A DNA stretch of 52,498 nucleotides from Candidatus Iainarchaeum sp. (lineage in GTDB: Archaea > Iainarchaeota > Iainarchaeia > Iainarchaeales > Iainarchaeaceae): positions 1-52,498 of the forward strand of contig NZBD01000015.1 of assembly GCA_002687735.1 (NCBI GenBank), written 5' to 3'. Positions 1 to 11,200 of the stretch are shown piece after piece. Position 1 is the stretch's first letter; each line of letters starts with the position of its first letter. The notes beneath the pieces were generated by a model that had not been told where the DNA came from, ran no database searches, and saw only the letters and a program-made list of their open reading frames with translations. The translations under genes and the position numbers were made by a program.

Positions 1-65
1 CAAGAAATATCTATACAACCGCTAAAAAGCAGAAGCAAACCAATTGCAAAAATTATATTTTTCAT
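1..65 (-). CDS. 5' part of a lipoprotein gene (runs off window)
   Basis: Manual translation MKNIIFAIGLLLLFSGCIDIS: signal peptide with FSGC lipobox. Confidence 0.6.
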   Translation of the reverse strand, partial: MKNIIFAIGLLLLFSGCIDIS

Positions 66-232
66 TGTTTAAATAAAGGAAAATCTCATATAAAAACTTA
101 GCTAAAAACACTTCTCGCCTGGAAAAATGCTTTAATCTACAAAAGCCCCACTTCACTACATAAAAAGCAATTTATCTACAAGTCCCTGCACCTAAACAAT
201 TTTATATTCATTAAAATATACTATTTGCTTGT

Positions 233-1447
233 ATGGTTGAAAACAAACAAAGACTGATTGATGCTACAAAGCGACTTATTCATACTGGAACCTCAGAAGA
301 GGAAGCTATGAAAAGTATGACTGATATAGGTATAAATGAAAAAGAAGCAAAGGATATTATGGAGCAAGCAAAAGCCGACCCAAAGCATTCAGAGAATAAA
401 GTTGCAGAAAAAACTGCAGAAAAAAAGCCTCCTAGTGATGGTTTTTGGGACTCGCATGACCCTTTGAGTAAAAGAGAAAATAAAAGTGAAAAAAAAGCAT
501 CTGCAGACAATTTAAGAGGTGATTTTTGGGATTCTTCAGGCAAAAGTTTTTTCACACCGACAAAAAATGAAAAACCCGAAAAGAAGCAAGGATTTTCTAT
601 ATTAGGAAAAGGAGACATTCCTGATTTTGAGGGAGCTGAAGCCTCACTTAAACCCAGAAGCCCTGGACATTATGATTACAAAAAAACAGAATTCAGGGAA
701 ACCGTTCCTGTACTGGTTAGCGATTTTGACAAACTGATTGACAAAGGCGGATTAAAAAGAGGAGATACAATCCTAATTTCGGGGGGAGCAGGAACCGGAA
801 AAACAACTTTTGGAATGCAGTTTATTTATGAAGGTGCCAAGCTGAGAAAGGAAAAAGGAGTTTACTTAACTTTAGAGGAAACATCTGAAAAAATTAAGGA
901 AAATATGATGGAAAATTTTGGGTGGGATCTTGATGCATTAGAAAAGGAAGGATTGCTTGCGATAATTAAAATTGATCCTTTGACAATTGCCAGGGCTGTT
1001 GAGGCAACCTTAACAAAAGAAAGGGGAGGCCTTTACATTGAGTTTGAGAAGTTTGATTTGCCTTTCCAGTTTGATCTTCCTTTTAAGCCGGAAAGGGTTG
1101 TGGTTGATTCATTGTCTGCTTTATCAATTGCTTTTGTTGACAACCACCAAGGGTATAGGCAGTACTTGAGGCATTTGTTTGAAACTCTGGAAGGTTATGG
1201 TTCTGTAAATTTAGTTTTTGGCGAAACAGAACAACTGCCGAATGTTTACTCGCGGTTAGGTATTGAGGAATTCCTTGCGGATGCAGTTGTTGTTTTTTAT
1301 AATATTAAAATCCATAACAACAGAGAAACTGCTTTGGAAATTTTAAAATTAAGAAGCAGTGCGCATGCAAAAAAATTAGTGCCGTATAAAATTACGCCCC
1401 GCGGCTTTGAAATTTACATTGATCAGGAAATATTCAGGGAAGACTAA
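233..1447 (+). CDS. KaiC/RAD55-like RecA-superfamily ATPase with N-terminal helical domain and disordered linker
   Basis: Walker A GAGTGKT, TLEE motif, Walker B VVVDS, LKLRSSAH Arg-finger region; about 150 aa N-terminal extension. Confidence 0.9.
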   Translation: MVENKQRLIDATKRLIHTGTSEEEAMKSMTDIGINEKEAKDIMEQAKADPKHSENKVAEKTAEKKPPSDGFWDSHDPLSKRENKSEKKASADNLRGDFWDSSGKSFFTPTKNEKPEKKQGFSILGKGDIPDFEGAEASLKPRSPGHYDYKKTEFRETVPVLVSDFDKLIDKGGLKRGDTILISGGAGTGKTTFGMQFIYEGAKLRKEKGVYLTLEETSEKIKENMMENFGWDLDALEKEGLLAIIKIDPLTIARAVEATLTKERGGLYIEFEKFDLPFQFDLPFKPERVVVDSLSALSIAFVDNHQGYRQYLRHLFETLEGYGSVNLVFGETEQLPNVYSRLGIEEFLADAVVVFYNIKIHNNRETALEILKLRSSAHAKKLVPYKITPRGFEIYIDQEIFRED

Positions 1448-1491
1448 GAAAAACAAAAGAAATAAATACTATTTTTCTTATATAACACAAT

Positions 1492-1704
1492 ATGAACTTT
1501 GATTACATTAAACCGAACATTTCAAGCATTTCAATTTCTTTAATACTCGTAATTATTGTTCATTTTGCTTCAAAAATTTTTGTTTGTGCTCCCGGCCCTT
1601 GCTTAGCCAATAGCATCTATAATAATTATCTTGTTTATGCTTTAGTATTTGTAATAATATATCTGATTATTAATTTGATTCAAATACGCAGAAAAAAAAA
1701 TTAA
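1492..1704 (+). CDS. Small two-TM membrane protein
   Basis: Two hydrophobic stretches with a CAPGPC loop and basic C-terminus; fills the gap between genes. Confidence 0.65.
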   Translation: MNFDYIKPNISSISISLILVIIVHFASKIFVCAPGPCLANSIYNNYLVYALVFVIIYLIINLIQIRRKKN

Positions 1705-1706
1705 AT

Positions 1707-2147
1707 TTATATATTTTCCATCTGGTTGGAAAGCTGTCTTACTTTGCTTATTCTGGTTTTGACGTTTTCCAGTTTCTTTCTCATTCTTCCTCGTTTAAGG
1801 GTTAATGAGTTTTCAACGGAACTAAGTTTTCTCAGCTGGTCTTTTAACTGAACTTCCTTGTTTTGAGTGGAAGTAATATCTCCAACAACCTCATCCAAGG
1901 TTCCTTCTACATCAGCTTTGGCTTCCCTAAGCTGATTGAGTTCCCTAGCAATATCCTTTAATGCTTCTCTTAAAACAGAATGATGCTCCTCATATCTTCC
2001 TGAAGCTTTTCTTACAGGTTTTTTAGCTGTTTTCCTTTTTGTTCTTCGGGTTGTTTTTTTCTTTCTAGCCGGCTTTTTTGCCCTTGCTTTTTTTACTGGC
2101 TTCTTGGCTCTTCGTACTGTTTTTTTCTTTTTAGGCATTAGATCCAT
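1707..2147 (-). CDS. Lys/Arg-rich tail plus coiled-coil protein
   Basis: KKPVKKARAKK-type N-terminus followed by heptad-rich helix. Confidence 0.75.
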   Translation of the reverse strand: MDLMPKKKKTVRRAKKPVKKARAKKPARKKKTTRRTKRKTAKKPVRKASGRYEEHHSVLREALKDIARELNQLREAKADVEGTLDEVVGDITSTQNKEVQLKDQLRKLSSVENSLTLKRGRMRKKLENVKTRISKVRQLSNQMENI

Positions 2148-2197
2148 CTCAAAATTGTTCTAAAATATAAACTCTTTTTCCTTTTTAAACGTTTCTT

Positions 2198-4519
2198 TTA
2201 CGCTTTCAGCAATTTTTCCAACCTTGATTTTCCTTTTGTGTAGGATTCTTTACTTATTACTCCTGAATCATAAGCTTCATTCAATGCGTCAAGCTTTTTT
2301 TCGAACGAATTCATCTGAGCAGCATGCTTCAAACGCTTCGCTTCCCGCTTTATCCTTCTCTTGCCTTTTGTGTACTTATTTTTTGAAATAATTCCTTTTT
2401 TATAAGCTTTTGTTAAAACTCCTGTTTTGTTGTCAAGATTCTGAACTAATTTTTTGGTCATAACATTTTCAGGGTTGATTTTACTGACGTCTGTTTTATA
2501 GAAGTCGTTCATCATATGCTCTAAATCAATTTGTTTTTTGAAAATAGAAAGTTTCTCCTTGAGCGTTCTTTTTTCATCTTTTGATTTTTTCTCACGCATC
2601 TTTTTTGAAAGCCTTTCTTCCAATGAACCGATTTTCTTCTCAAGTTTGCTTATTTGATTTACTAAACGATTATCAACCGGTTTTGCTTTTTTCATTTCAA
2701 TCTTTTCTGAAAGGCTTTTTACTTTTACTTGTAAACTTGAAAGGTTTTCTATTTTGGTTATTTTTTCATTCAGTGCCTTCAGTGCTTTTTGAATTTCTTT
2801 ATTGGCTTGCTCGTCTTCACTTTTAATTTTCTTTTTCTGGGTTGAATCTATCTTTTTCTCTAATCGAGAAATTTCATTAATCAGGCTTTTATCAATTGTT
2901 TTTTCCGGTTTTTTTTCAAGTTTTTTGGAAATTCCCTTAACCTGTTCCTGAAGGTTTTTCAACTCGTCGATTTTGCTTATTTTACCTTTCAATTCATTAA
3001 GGGATTTTGTAACTTCCTTTGTGTTCTGCATTTCTTGAAGCCTTTGTTTAAGTCCGTCCATTTCTCTGGTAACTATTTTGTTCTGTTCATTCTGAACGCT
3101 TAAACCATTCCGGGAAAGTTTTGGAACAGAAAGTGTTTTTTTAATCTGCGTTGGCTGCAGCCTCATTGAAGACTGCTGATCCGGAAAACCCATTTCCCCA
3201 AGTTCAAATTCGGTTAAAGTATTAACGTGATCAACAAACATTCCAAGATCCTTTATTGATTCGCTCTTATAATCCCCTTCAAGAGCAGTGAAAAACGCAT
3301 CGATTCCCGATGCTTTTATTTTTCCGATTAGAGAATGGATAAATTTTGTTACTGTTGATTCTTTTTCATAAATCAAAAGCGTCGAAAGTGAATCAAAAAG
3401 CAGAGCATCTGCATTCTGAGTGTTCAAAGCCTGAGTGATTCCGAGGCTTAGCTCTATTAATGAATTAGGGCTGCTTACAAAAATAGTGTTTTTTTCCTTT
3501 GTTGTACTTTTATCAGAGGTAAGAGTTACTGCATCAACAAAAAAGAATTTTTCAGGTTTTAAATTAAGACTTTTTAAGTGCTGCATTAAACTTTTATAAA
3601 CCTCATTCAGGTTCACATAAATAATTTTTTTGTAAGAAGCCCCTGCTTTTATCAGCAAAGTGGACATTCCGCGTATGTATTCTTTATTTGGGATTATAAG
3701 AATTGTTACTTCGGAGGTTTTAATCTTTTTTATTGCTTTTTCCTGGGTCATTTCTTTTACTGCAGTTTCAATATTTTTTCCTTTTTCTACCTTTTTTTCC
3801 AAAACATCAAGCCCGCTGGAAAATGAAAAACTTGTAAGACCTTTAGGCGGGTTTGTCTTTTTTTCGAGTTTTTTTATTTCAGAATTAAGCACGGTTTCCT
3901 TTTTCGGCTCATCTTTATTAACTTCTTTCTTTTGAGCAGGTTCTTTTTTTACAGGGGATTTAACAATGGGTTTTTTATCTTGCTTTTTCGGCTGGTTTTT
4001 CTCAAGAGGGGAATCAGCGATTATTTCTTTCACTTTTACTTTTCCGCCTTTTTTGAGTTTTGGAATAAATGTTTTTTTCATTTTTGGGGAGATTTCTCTT
4101 TTACCCAAAAAACCTGAAAATAAACTTTTTTTTCCTGTTTTCGGCTCTTTTTCAAGTTCTTTTGTTTGTTCTTCAACCTGTTTAAACAAATTATCTTTCT
4201 CTGGAGAATCTTTCTTAAGAGGGATTTTGATTTTCTGTTTAGGAATTTTTCTCAGGAGATCTTGTTTTGATTCTACTTTTAACCCAGGGATTGGTTTTTT
4301 TATGAGCTCCGTTTTCTTTTGAGGCACTGATTTTGGCTCAGGTTTAGGGTTTGTTTTTGATGCTGTTGCTTCCTTAACCAGTGCAAGAGCCTCTTGTTTA
4401 GTTACTCCAAATTCCCCTAATGAGTCTAATATTTCTTTTTCCGGGGTTTTACTTTCGAGCAGCTTTTTTGTCGCAACTAAAATAGCTTGTTTTCTTTTAG
4501 CATCCATTTTCAAAACCAA
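2198..4519 (-). CDS. Large protein with inactive KaiC/RecA-like (DUF835-like) domain, coiled-coil repeats and two C-terminal SHOCT-like motifs
   Basis: YVNLN, FFFVDAV, LLFDSLSTLLIY (Walker B-like) but no GKT Walker A; AYKKGIISKNKY and AYDSGVISKESY motifs; probable start MDAKRK at 4507. Confidence 0.75.
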   Translation of the reverse strand: MVLKMDAKRKQAILVATKKLLESKTPEKEILDSLGEFGVTKQEALALVKEATASKTNPKPEPKSVPQKKTELIKKPIPGLKVESKQDLLRKIPKQKIKIPLKKDSPEKDNLFKQVEEQTKELEKEPKTGKKSLFSGFLGKREISPKMKKTFIPKLKKGGKVKVKEIIADSPLEKNQPKKQDKKPIVKSPVKKEPAQKKEVNKDEPKKETVLNSEIKKLEKKTNPPKGLTSFSFSSGLDVLEKKVEKGKNIETAVKEMTQEKAIKKIKTSEVTILIIPNKEYIRGMSTLLIKAGASYKKIIYVNLNEVYKSLMQHLKSLNLKPEKFFFVDAVTLTSDKSTTKEKNTIFVSSPNSLIELSLGITQALNTQNADALLFDSLSTLLIYEKESTVTKFIHSLIGKIKASGIDAFFTALEGDYKSESIKDLGMFVDHVNTLTEFELGEMGFPDQQSSMRLQPTQIKKTLSVPKLSRNGLSVQNEQNKIVTREMDGLKQRLQEMQNTKEVTKSLNELKGKISKIDELKNLQEQVKGISKKLEKKPEKTIDKSLINEISRLEKKIDSTQKKKIKSEDEQANKEIQKALKALNEKITKIENLSSLQVKVKSLSEKIEMKKAKPVDNRLVNQISKLEKKIGSLEERLSKKMREKKSKDEKRTLKEKLSIFKKQIDLEHMMNDFYKTDVSKINPENVMTKKLVQNLDNKTGVLTKAYKKGIISKNKYTKGKRRIKREAKRLKHAAQMNSFEKKLDALNEAYDSGVISKESYTKGKSRLEKLLKA

Positions 4520-4543
4520 TTGTTTTTCATTGTTTAAAATACT

Positions 4544-5764
4544 TTATTTTTCCTGTCGAATCTTATGCTCCATCTGTTTTATTTTCTCATCGAGTTCTAT
4601 TAATTTTGACTTGTATGTTGCCATGTTACTTTTGTAGCTTTTTGCCGGCATCACTGCTTTTTCAAAATACTCTCGCTGTAAATCCTTAATGAGTTCTGTT
4701 GTTTTTGCTTTTTCGTTTTTAAGTTTTAATAATTGCACCGAATAATTTATTTTAGTGTAAAATAATTTCGAAACAACTCCTAAAACAAGAACAACCACCA
4801 ATACAATTAACCCATAATTCTTTACCATACAGGTTGCTGAGCAGGTTACTATTAGTTCTATCTTGTGTTCTGATTCATTTCCGGCATTATCCTTCAGATA
4901 AATCCGATAAATTTGGTTTCCTGTTTCTTTTGGGGCATAAGCCAGAATAAGCTCTCCGTTAGAATTTATTTCAAAAGGGATTTTTTCCTGACCAACTCTT
5001 AGTTCAGCCACTTCAATATTTGTCTGTGTAAGACTTACTCCGTTTGAATATGTTACTTTCGCTTTTATTGGTATTTTGTCACTTTGTTCATATGTTTGGT
5101 TTACCGGCTCTATAATCTGAAAAATAAATGATGCAGGAAGGATTTCAATTTCCAAAAGTCTTTCCCCCCCATAAAGTTTACCATCATCTTCTTTTTGTGC
5201 AACAACAGTTAAACCCCATTTTTCTTCAGGAGCATTAAAAGGAACGCCGTAATTCACATCATAAATTCCGTTGCCCTCTGCTTTGAGGTATATTTTTCTT
5301 CCAAACACATCATACATTACAACCTGTGCATCATTCACAATTTCCCCCGAATCTGTCATTTCAATACTTATGAAAATTGTTTCTCCCCTTTTGAAAGCTA
5401 CTCCTGCAGGACTCAGAAAAGTTATTCTGTAAAATGCTGACTCAGGAATTGGTTTTACTATTACAATTATTTCTGTTTCATTTTCAGGAGTAAAAAGTTT
5501 TATTCTCCAGTTGCCACTTGGATCTAAAAAACTGGTTGGGTATTTGAAATCAAACTTTCCATCACTAAAACAATTAATTTGTTCATCAAAAATTTTTTTA
5601 TTGCCAAGCTCTGCACTTATTCTGTGCATATCCCCTAAATCACAGGAACCGGAAAGGATTATTTCACTTCCTTTTTCATAATTAGTCTGCCCAGATTTTA
5701 GGGTTAATGCGCTAGAAAAGCCAGCTAAAAATAAAACCGCCAAAATAATCATTATTTTTCTCAT
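4544..5764 (-). CDS. Secreted Ig-like surface protein with C-terminal TM anchor and coiled-coil tail
   Basis: Signal peptide, beta-rich repeats (LDPSGNW), TM YGLIVLVVVLVLGVV, tail LQREYFEKAVM. Confidence 0.8.
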   Translation of the reverse strand: MRKIMIILAVLFLAGFSSALTLKSGQTNYEKGSEIILSGSCDLGDMHRISAELGNKKIFDEQINCFSDGKFDFKYPTSFLDPSGNWRIKLFTPENETEIIVIVKPIPESAFYRITFLSPAGVAFKRGETIFISIEMTDSGEIVNDAQVVMYDVFGRKIYLKAEGNGIYDVNYGVPFNAPEEKWGLTVVAQKEDDGKLYGGERLLEIEILPASFIFQIIEPVNQTYEQSDKIPIKAKVTYSNGVSLTQTNIEVAELRVGQEKIPFEINSNGELILAYAPKETGNQIYRIYLKDNAGNESEHKIELIVTCSATCMVKNYGLIVLVVVLVLGVVSKLFYTKINYSVQLLKLKNEKAKTTELIKDLQREYFEKAVMPAKSYKSNMATYKSKLIELDEKIKQMEHKIRQEK

Positions 5765-8223
5765 TTTTTTCCACCTTTCTTTTTCTTAATAGTCTGTAGT
5801 TCTTGCTCATATTTAAGCATTAATCCGTCATACTTAGACCTGGAAAGCAGCCCTGACTTGAAATAACGTTCCTGTATATTTATTATATTAGCCTTGATTT
5901 TTTTCTCTTTATTTTTTAACAATTCGGCTTTCTTATCAGATTTATAGTTCCTAATAACTAAAATTAAACCTATTAATATTGCTAAACCAACCACTAAAAT
6001 AATTAACCCGTATTCAGAAAAATAATAATTCAAAGAATAACCAGAAACACTTGCATTAAAAACCGCAGAACCGCTGTTCCCAAAATTATCCTGGGCATTT
6101 ATTGAAACATTAATTTCTTTTTCGTTTTCAACAACGTATTTTGCAACAAAAGAACCGTTATTTTTTTCTGTTTCAACCTTAACCCCATTGATCGTAACAG
6201 TCAGATCTGCTATTTCTGCATCAGCCCCGCTTTCAAATAGAACTTTAAATTCAAAATCTATTTGTTCCCCGATTGGGAAAAATTTTTTAGTCGGCTTTAT
6301 AATGTTCACAAAAAGATTCTCGGTTTTTACTTCCGATTCAAGAATTTTTTTGCCGATTAAGTCATTTACTTCCGCAATTATAATAACTCTTAGTGAGTTT
6401 CCACTAAAATTAGTTGGAAGATTATATTTCAAACTGTAAGAACCATCGTTTTCAGAAGTGAATTTTATTTCCTCACTTCCGATAAATGCTTTTACCACTG
6501 CAGTATCAGCTAAATCTTCTTCTTCCTTTACATTAACAGAAATGTTGATCTGTTCTCCTCTGGAATATTGTGTGTTTATGCCTTTTACAATTTCTATTTC
6601 TACTTGAGACAAAGATTCCGGATTCATGAATATTACACTTTTTTCTGCACGAGCAATATTTTCGGAATCGTCTTCAGCAACTATTCTTATAACCCATGTT
6701 CCTGTTGGATCTAAGGAAAGTGATTTATAAGAATAATTAAAATTTCCAAATTCATTAAGTTCCTGTTTAGTTTCAAAAATAATTTGACCGTCGTTTTCTG
6801 CGGTTATTGTTACTTCTGCATCTACTGGCGAAGATTTTTTGGAAACAGTTCCTGTTATTTCCAGTGAATCGGTAACAATGAATTCTTCCTGGTTAGTGTT
6901 CAGAATAGTTTCCAGCAAAGGAATTACATTCAGCTGCAAATATTTTTTTTGTGAACCAACACTGATTTCTATTGATTCAATCCCTTCTTCAGCAGGGGCT
7001 GTGAAACTGTTCCCGTATATTCCGTCATTAGGATTTTTGTCATTATGTTTTCCATCATCAAATAATTTAACGATTCCGAAAAATCCAGTGGCGGTTACAT
7101 TTTTTCCTGTACCTGCATTAACAAGGATATTGAATTCTTCTTCTAAGTTTAGATAATCCCCAAACTTTGGTTCAATAATTTCTATTGTATTTCCTGAACA
7201 GTCCTCGCTGCATGTTTCTCCTTGTTCACAAAAATCATTACCGCAACAATTTAATGAAACTGAAACTGTGCAGTTTGTTCCGACACATTCGTTTATTGTG
7301 CAAGATTCCTGGATTATTGTTCCTTCAAAGGGTTCGTTTACACAAGATGCAAAGCAGGTGTCAGCATACTGACAAATATCTTTAGTTTTTGGATTAGTAT
7401 CATTACAATCAGAATTTACAGAACAAAGAGGATTACAAATTATAGAACTGCATTCCGCTAGACAAGTGCCTGAATTTTTACAAACATCTATTGTGAGAGG
7501 GTTTTCATCAGCACAATCAAGGCCATTAATACAGGATGGTTCACATGCACTATAAGAACAAGAAGCGGAACATGCTCCAGGATTATTGCAAATGTCCCGG
7601 GTAAAAGGATCGTTATCATTACATGACAATCCATCTGTACATGCAATCGCTGTAAAATCACACTGATTCAGGAAAAGCAATGCAGTTGATGAAATTCCTA
7701 TTGCTTTGAAATTTTCACCTGACGGAGAGTTCCACTCGGATTTAGTTAATAAATCTCCTTCATCGAGAGTTATTTTTCCGTCTTCAGATTTTAAAACTAC
7801 TTTTAGCCTGCTTCCGGAAGCTAAAGTATATGCTTGTTCTAAATTGATCTCGGATTCATTTTTTCCTGACGCTATAGTTCCTGTTGTGATTAATTCATTT
7901 TTAATCGATTTAAAATTATACTCGTAAAGTTCCCAAGTAAGTGATTTTGATGCATCAATGTTATTTGCCCAGAAAGTTATGCTTGTATGAAGTTGTAATC
8001 CTCTTGGAAAAGAGCTTGTATACCACTTTCCTAAAATGCCTTCATCACCAGAATAAAAAACTGTTTTACTTGAGGATGCATTAGGAGGATTGGCAGTCAT
8101 AAAGTTACTTTGACTCCCTTCAAAAAGACTAGTGAAATCGTCTCCTCTTAACCAATAACCATTGCTTGCAGCTATTGAGACTGTAGAAAAAAGTATTATG
8201 AATAATATCCATGCAATTTTCAT
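5761..8223 (-). CDS. Cys-rich repeat / Ig-like surface protein with C-terminal TM anchor
   Basis: Signal peptide, CnDnDPxTxDxC repeats, DDGKHNDKNPNDGIY Ca-binding-like loop, TM, tail IQERYFKSGLLSRSKY. Confidence 0.8.
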   Translation of the reverse strand: MKIAWILFIILFSTVSIAASNGYWLRGDDFTSLFEGSQSNFMTANPPNASSSKTVFYSGDEGILGKWYTSSFPRGLQLHTSITFWANNIDASKSLTWELYEYNFKSIKNELITTGTIASGKNESEINLEQAYTLASGSRLKVVLKSEDGKITLDEGDLLTKSEWNSPSGENFKAIGISSTALLFLNQCDFTAIACTDGLSCNDNDPFTRDICNNPGACSASCSYSACEPSCINGLDCADENPLTIDVCKNSGTCLAECSSIICNPLCSVNSDCNDTNPKTKDICQYADTCFASCVNEPFEGTIIQESCTINECVGTNCTVSVSLNCCGNDFCEQGETCSEDCSGNTIEIIEPKFGDYLNLEEEFNILVNAGTGKNVTATGFFGIVKLFDDGKHNDKNPNDGIYGNSFTAPAEEGIESIEISVGSQKKYLQLNVIPLLETILNTNQEEFIVTDSLEITGTVSKKSSPVDAEVTITAENDGQIIFETKQELNEFGNFNYSYKSLSLDPTGTWVIRIVAEDDSENIARAEKSVIFMNPESLSQVEIEIVKGINTQYSRGEQINISVNVKEEEDLADTAVVKAFIGSEEIKFTSENDGSYSLKYNLPTNFSGNSLRVIIIAEVNDLIGKKILESEVKTENLFVNIIKPTKKFFPIGEQIDFEFKVLFESGADAEIADLTVTINGVKVETEKNNGSFVAKYVVENEKEINVSINAQDNFGNSGSAVFNASVSGYSLNYYFSEYGLIILVVGLAILIGLILVIRNYKSDKKAELLKNKEKKIKANIINIQERYFKSGLLSRSKYDGLMLKYEQELQTIKKKKGGKK

Positions 8224-11200
8224 TTTTTTACCTTCGAAGCCATTTGTTTTATGGTTTCTCTAATGTCCTGCAATTTTGTTTCATGTTTTTCCATCTGCAC
8301 ATCATAGACTTTCTTATCCATTGTTCCCTCGATAAAATACTGCGTCTGGATTCCTTTGACTGTTTCCAAAACCTGTTTCTCTTTATTTCGCAGAGCATTT
8401 ATCCCTAATCTTTTTTTGAGTAAACCATAACCAAAAACAACTGTGATAATTGCTGCAAATAAAAGCAAACCGATGCTTGTTCCGTAAATCCTTAAATAAT
8501 AAAGATAAGAAATTCCTGAAACATCAACTGAAATTTCTTCGGAAACCGTATTATCAAAACCGTCATCAAGACCAATTGTAACTGAAACCGTTCCTTCATC
8601 AGTTGTTTTCACTAAATAAATTCCTTCATAAACCCCATTCCCTATGCTTTTTAGTTCTATTATTTCGTTTCCAACAATACTGGAAATAGATTCCAGTACT
8701 AAAGGAGTGTCATCTTCATAAACAGCATAAATTTTGACTTTTATTTCTTCCCCTGCTAAGAAATTATCTCTTTTTGGCTCTAGTATTTCCAAATTTATTT
8801 TTGCATCATTAACAGTTATACTTGTTTCCACCGAACCTTGTTTGTTTTGTTTTTGTGCAACGACTTTTATATCCAAGTCACCGCTTTGGGTCTGATACGG
8901 GATTCTGAAAGAACCGACATATTCTGATGAATCGTTTTCTTCGAAAGAAAATTTCAAACCATTTGTCTGGCCTTCAACAATCGCATCTGAAACAATGTTG
9001 CCCTCAATGTTTTTTACTGTCACAGAAACCTCTGCTTCAAATCCTTTTTCGAAAATAGTATTGTTAGTGTCTACAATTTCAACAATCAAAAAATTGGTTG
9101 CTTCCGGACTTAACACAGTTATTGTTTTTTCAAAAACACCTACATTTCCGTTTTCATCAGTTGCTTTAATAGTAACAATATAATCTCCTGATTCATTAAT
9201 CAAAGTTGTCCTGTAATTAGAAGAAAAATTCCCGTTAGCGGAATTAAGATCCTGATTCAGGAGAATTTCTCTGTTAAAAGACAGATTCAAATCAAGAGGG
9301 AGGTTCATGTGCTTATCCTTAAGGGTTAATTTTCCTCCGATATTTATGTTATCTCCAAGGACAAAAAATTCTTTATCAAAATCAACCGAAAAACTGAGTT
9401 TTGGAACAATATTAATGAACGCTGTTTTTTCACTTTTAACTCCTCCAAGCTCAACAATAAAAGTCACAGGATAAAGATTTTCTTCAATCGCAGTGTCAAT
9501 AGTGATAAAGTTTGCGTAAATATTGTCGTTTCTTGTTCCTTCATCATGTTTACCATCATTCAGGAGCGGCACAGTTCCAAAAAACCCAATTGCTTTTACA
9601 CCAGCATCACTAACTTTTTCTCCATCAACAAGTAAAGTAACTTTTAATTGAACAGTTTCTCCTCTAACATAGAAAGTATCAGCAAAGGAAGCATCAATTT
9701 CAATATTCTGCGGAACACAATCTGCTGAACAGGTAAAATAATTCTCTCCTGATTCACACCGGTCATTTCCGCAAACTCCGAGTTTTATTGTTGTTTTACA
9801 TGAATTTCCAATACATGCTAATTCATAAATATCAGAAATACTCTCCCCACAAACACCACAATCAGCAGGAGCAGAACATTCTGTTTCTCCGACATCACAA
9901 ACACCATTGCCGACATCAGGAAGATTTTTACATATAGATGAGCACCTTCCTGCACCTGCACAAACATCTGTTGTTTCTGAATTACCATCATCACAATCAG
10001 AATCAGAAGAACAAACAGGATTACAAGAATTATATACACACCCCGCATCACACAAACCCGCATTAGCGCAAAAGTCTGTTGTTAATGTGTCCCCGTCATC
10101 ACAAGCATCATTGCTAGAACACGCAATATTACACTGGCTATTTTCACAATAAGAAGAAATTGTTCCGGGATTCACACAGGTGTCGGTTGTTATATTGCTG
10201 TTGTCATTACAAACAGAATTAGAACTGCAAATTATTTCTTCGTCAGTATCAACAGGATCAGGATCAACAGGATCAGGATCAACAGGATCAGGATCAACAT
10301 TAACATCAACATAGCTGCATGCTGCTGAACAGGTTCCTGGGTTTAAACAAGAATCTGTTGTACTTGAATTAGTATCGTCACAAACAGAAGCATCATTACA
10401 TGCTATTGTACAGGGAGTATTTGAACAGGAGGAACTTTCGGTTCCTGGGTTTAAACAAGAATCTGTGGTCAAACTATTTGTATCATCACAATCAGAATTA
10501 GAGGAACAGGTTATTTCAACACCAGAATCTATATTCTGGCATGCAGAGTTACAACCACCAGCATTGCTGCAAGTATCAATTGTTGAACTCTCAGAATCAT
10601 CACATGAATTATTTGAGTCACATACAACAGAACAACTTCCCGTGGTGTTCAGCAATAATAATGCTGTACTCAAAGCCTGATTAATAGTATACTGGATTCC
10701 GTTAGAAGATGAATAAACAACTGTTTGAGAATCAGACCCTTCGTCCATTATAGCTTGTAAAGTCCCTCCTCCGTTTGCATTATAATCAACAACTAATTTT
10801 GCATAATTCCCTACAGGTATAGTATAGGATGGTATATTGGCAAATGTTTCATGCGAAGACTCTAATGTTGGCAAAACATACCAATCTGACTGAATAATTT
10901 CTGTTTCTGAATAATCATCCATATTAACATCGTAAATTGTCCATCGATAAGTTCCAGTATCATTAGTTATTCCAATATTTGAAAAATATAAAAATGCTGG
11001 ACCGCTTAATACAAAAGATTGCTCTGTGTAAAATCCGATAGGGTCGGCAGTATACCATGTTCTTAATTCGTGGATTCCGGCTTCAGTGGTAATGTTAATT
11101 GTTTCTTTTACTGAATTAGATGTTGGCGAAACAACACTCATTGCATTAAATGTATTAGAATCGATTGTTACTTGGGAAGAAGAGCCCCTAAGATATATTA

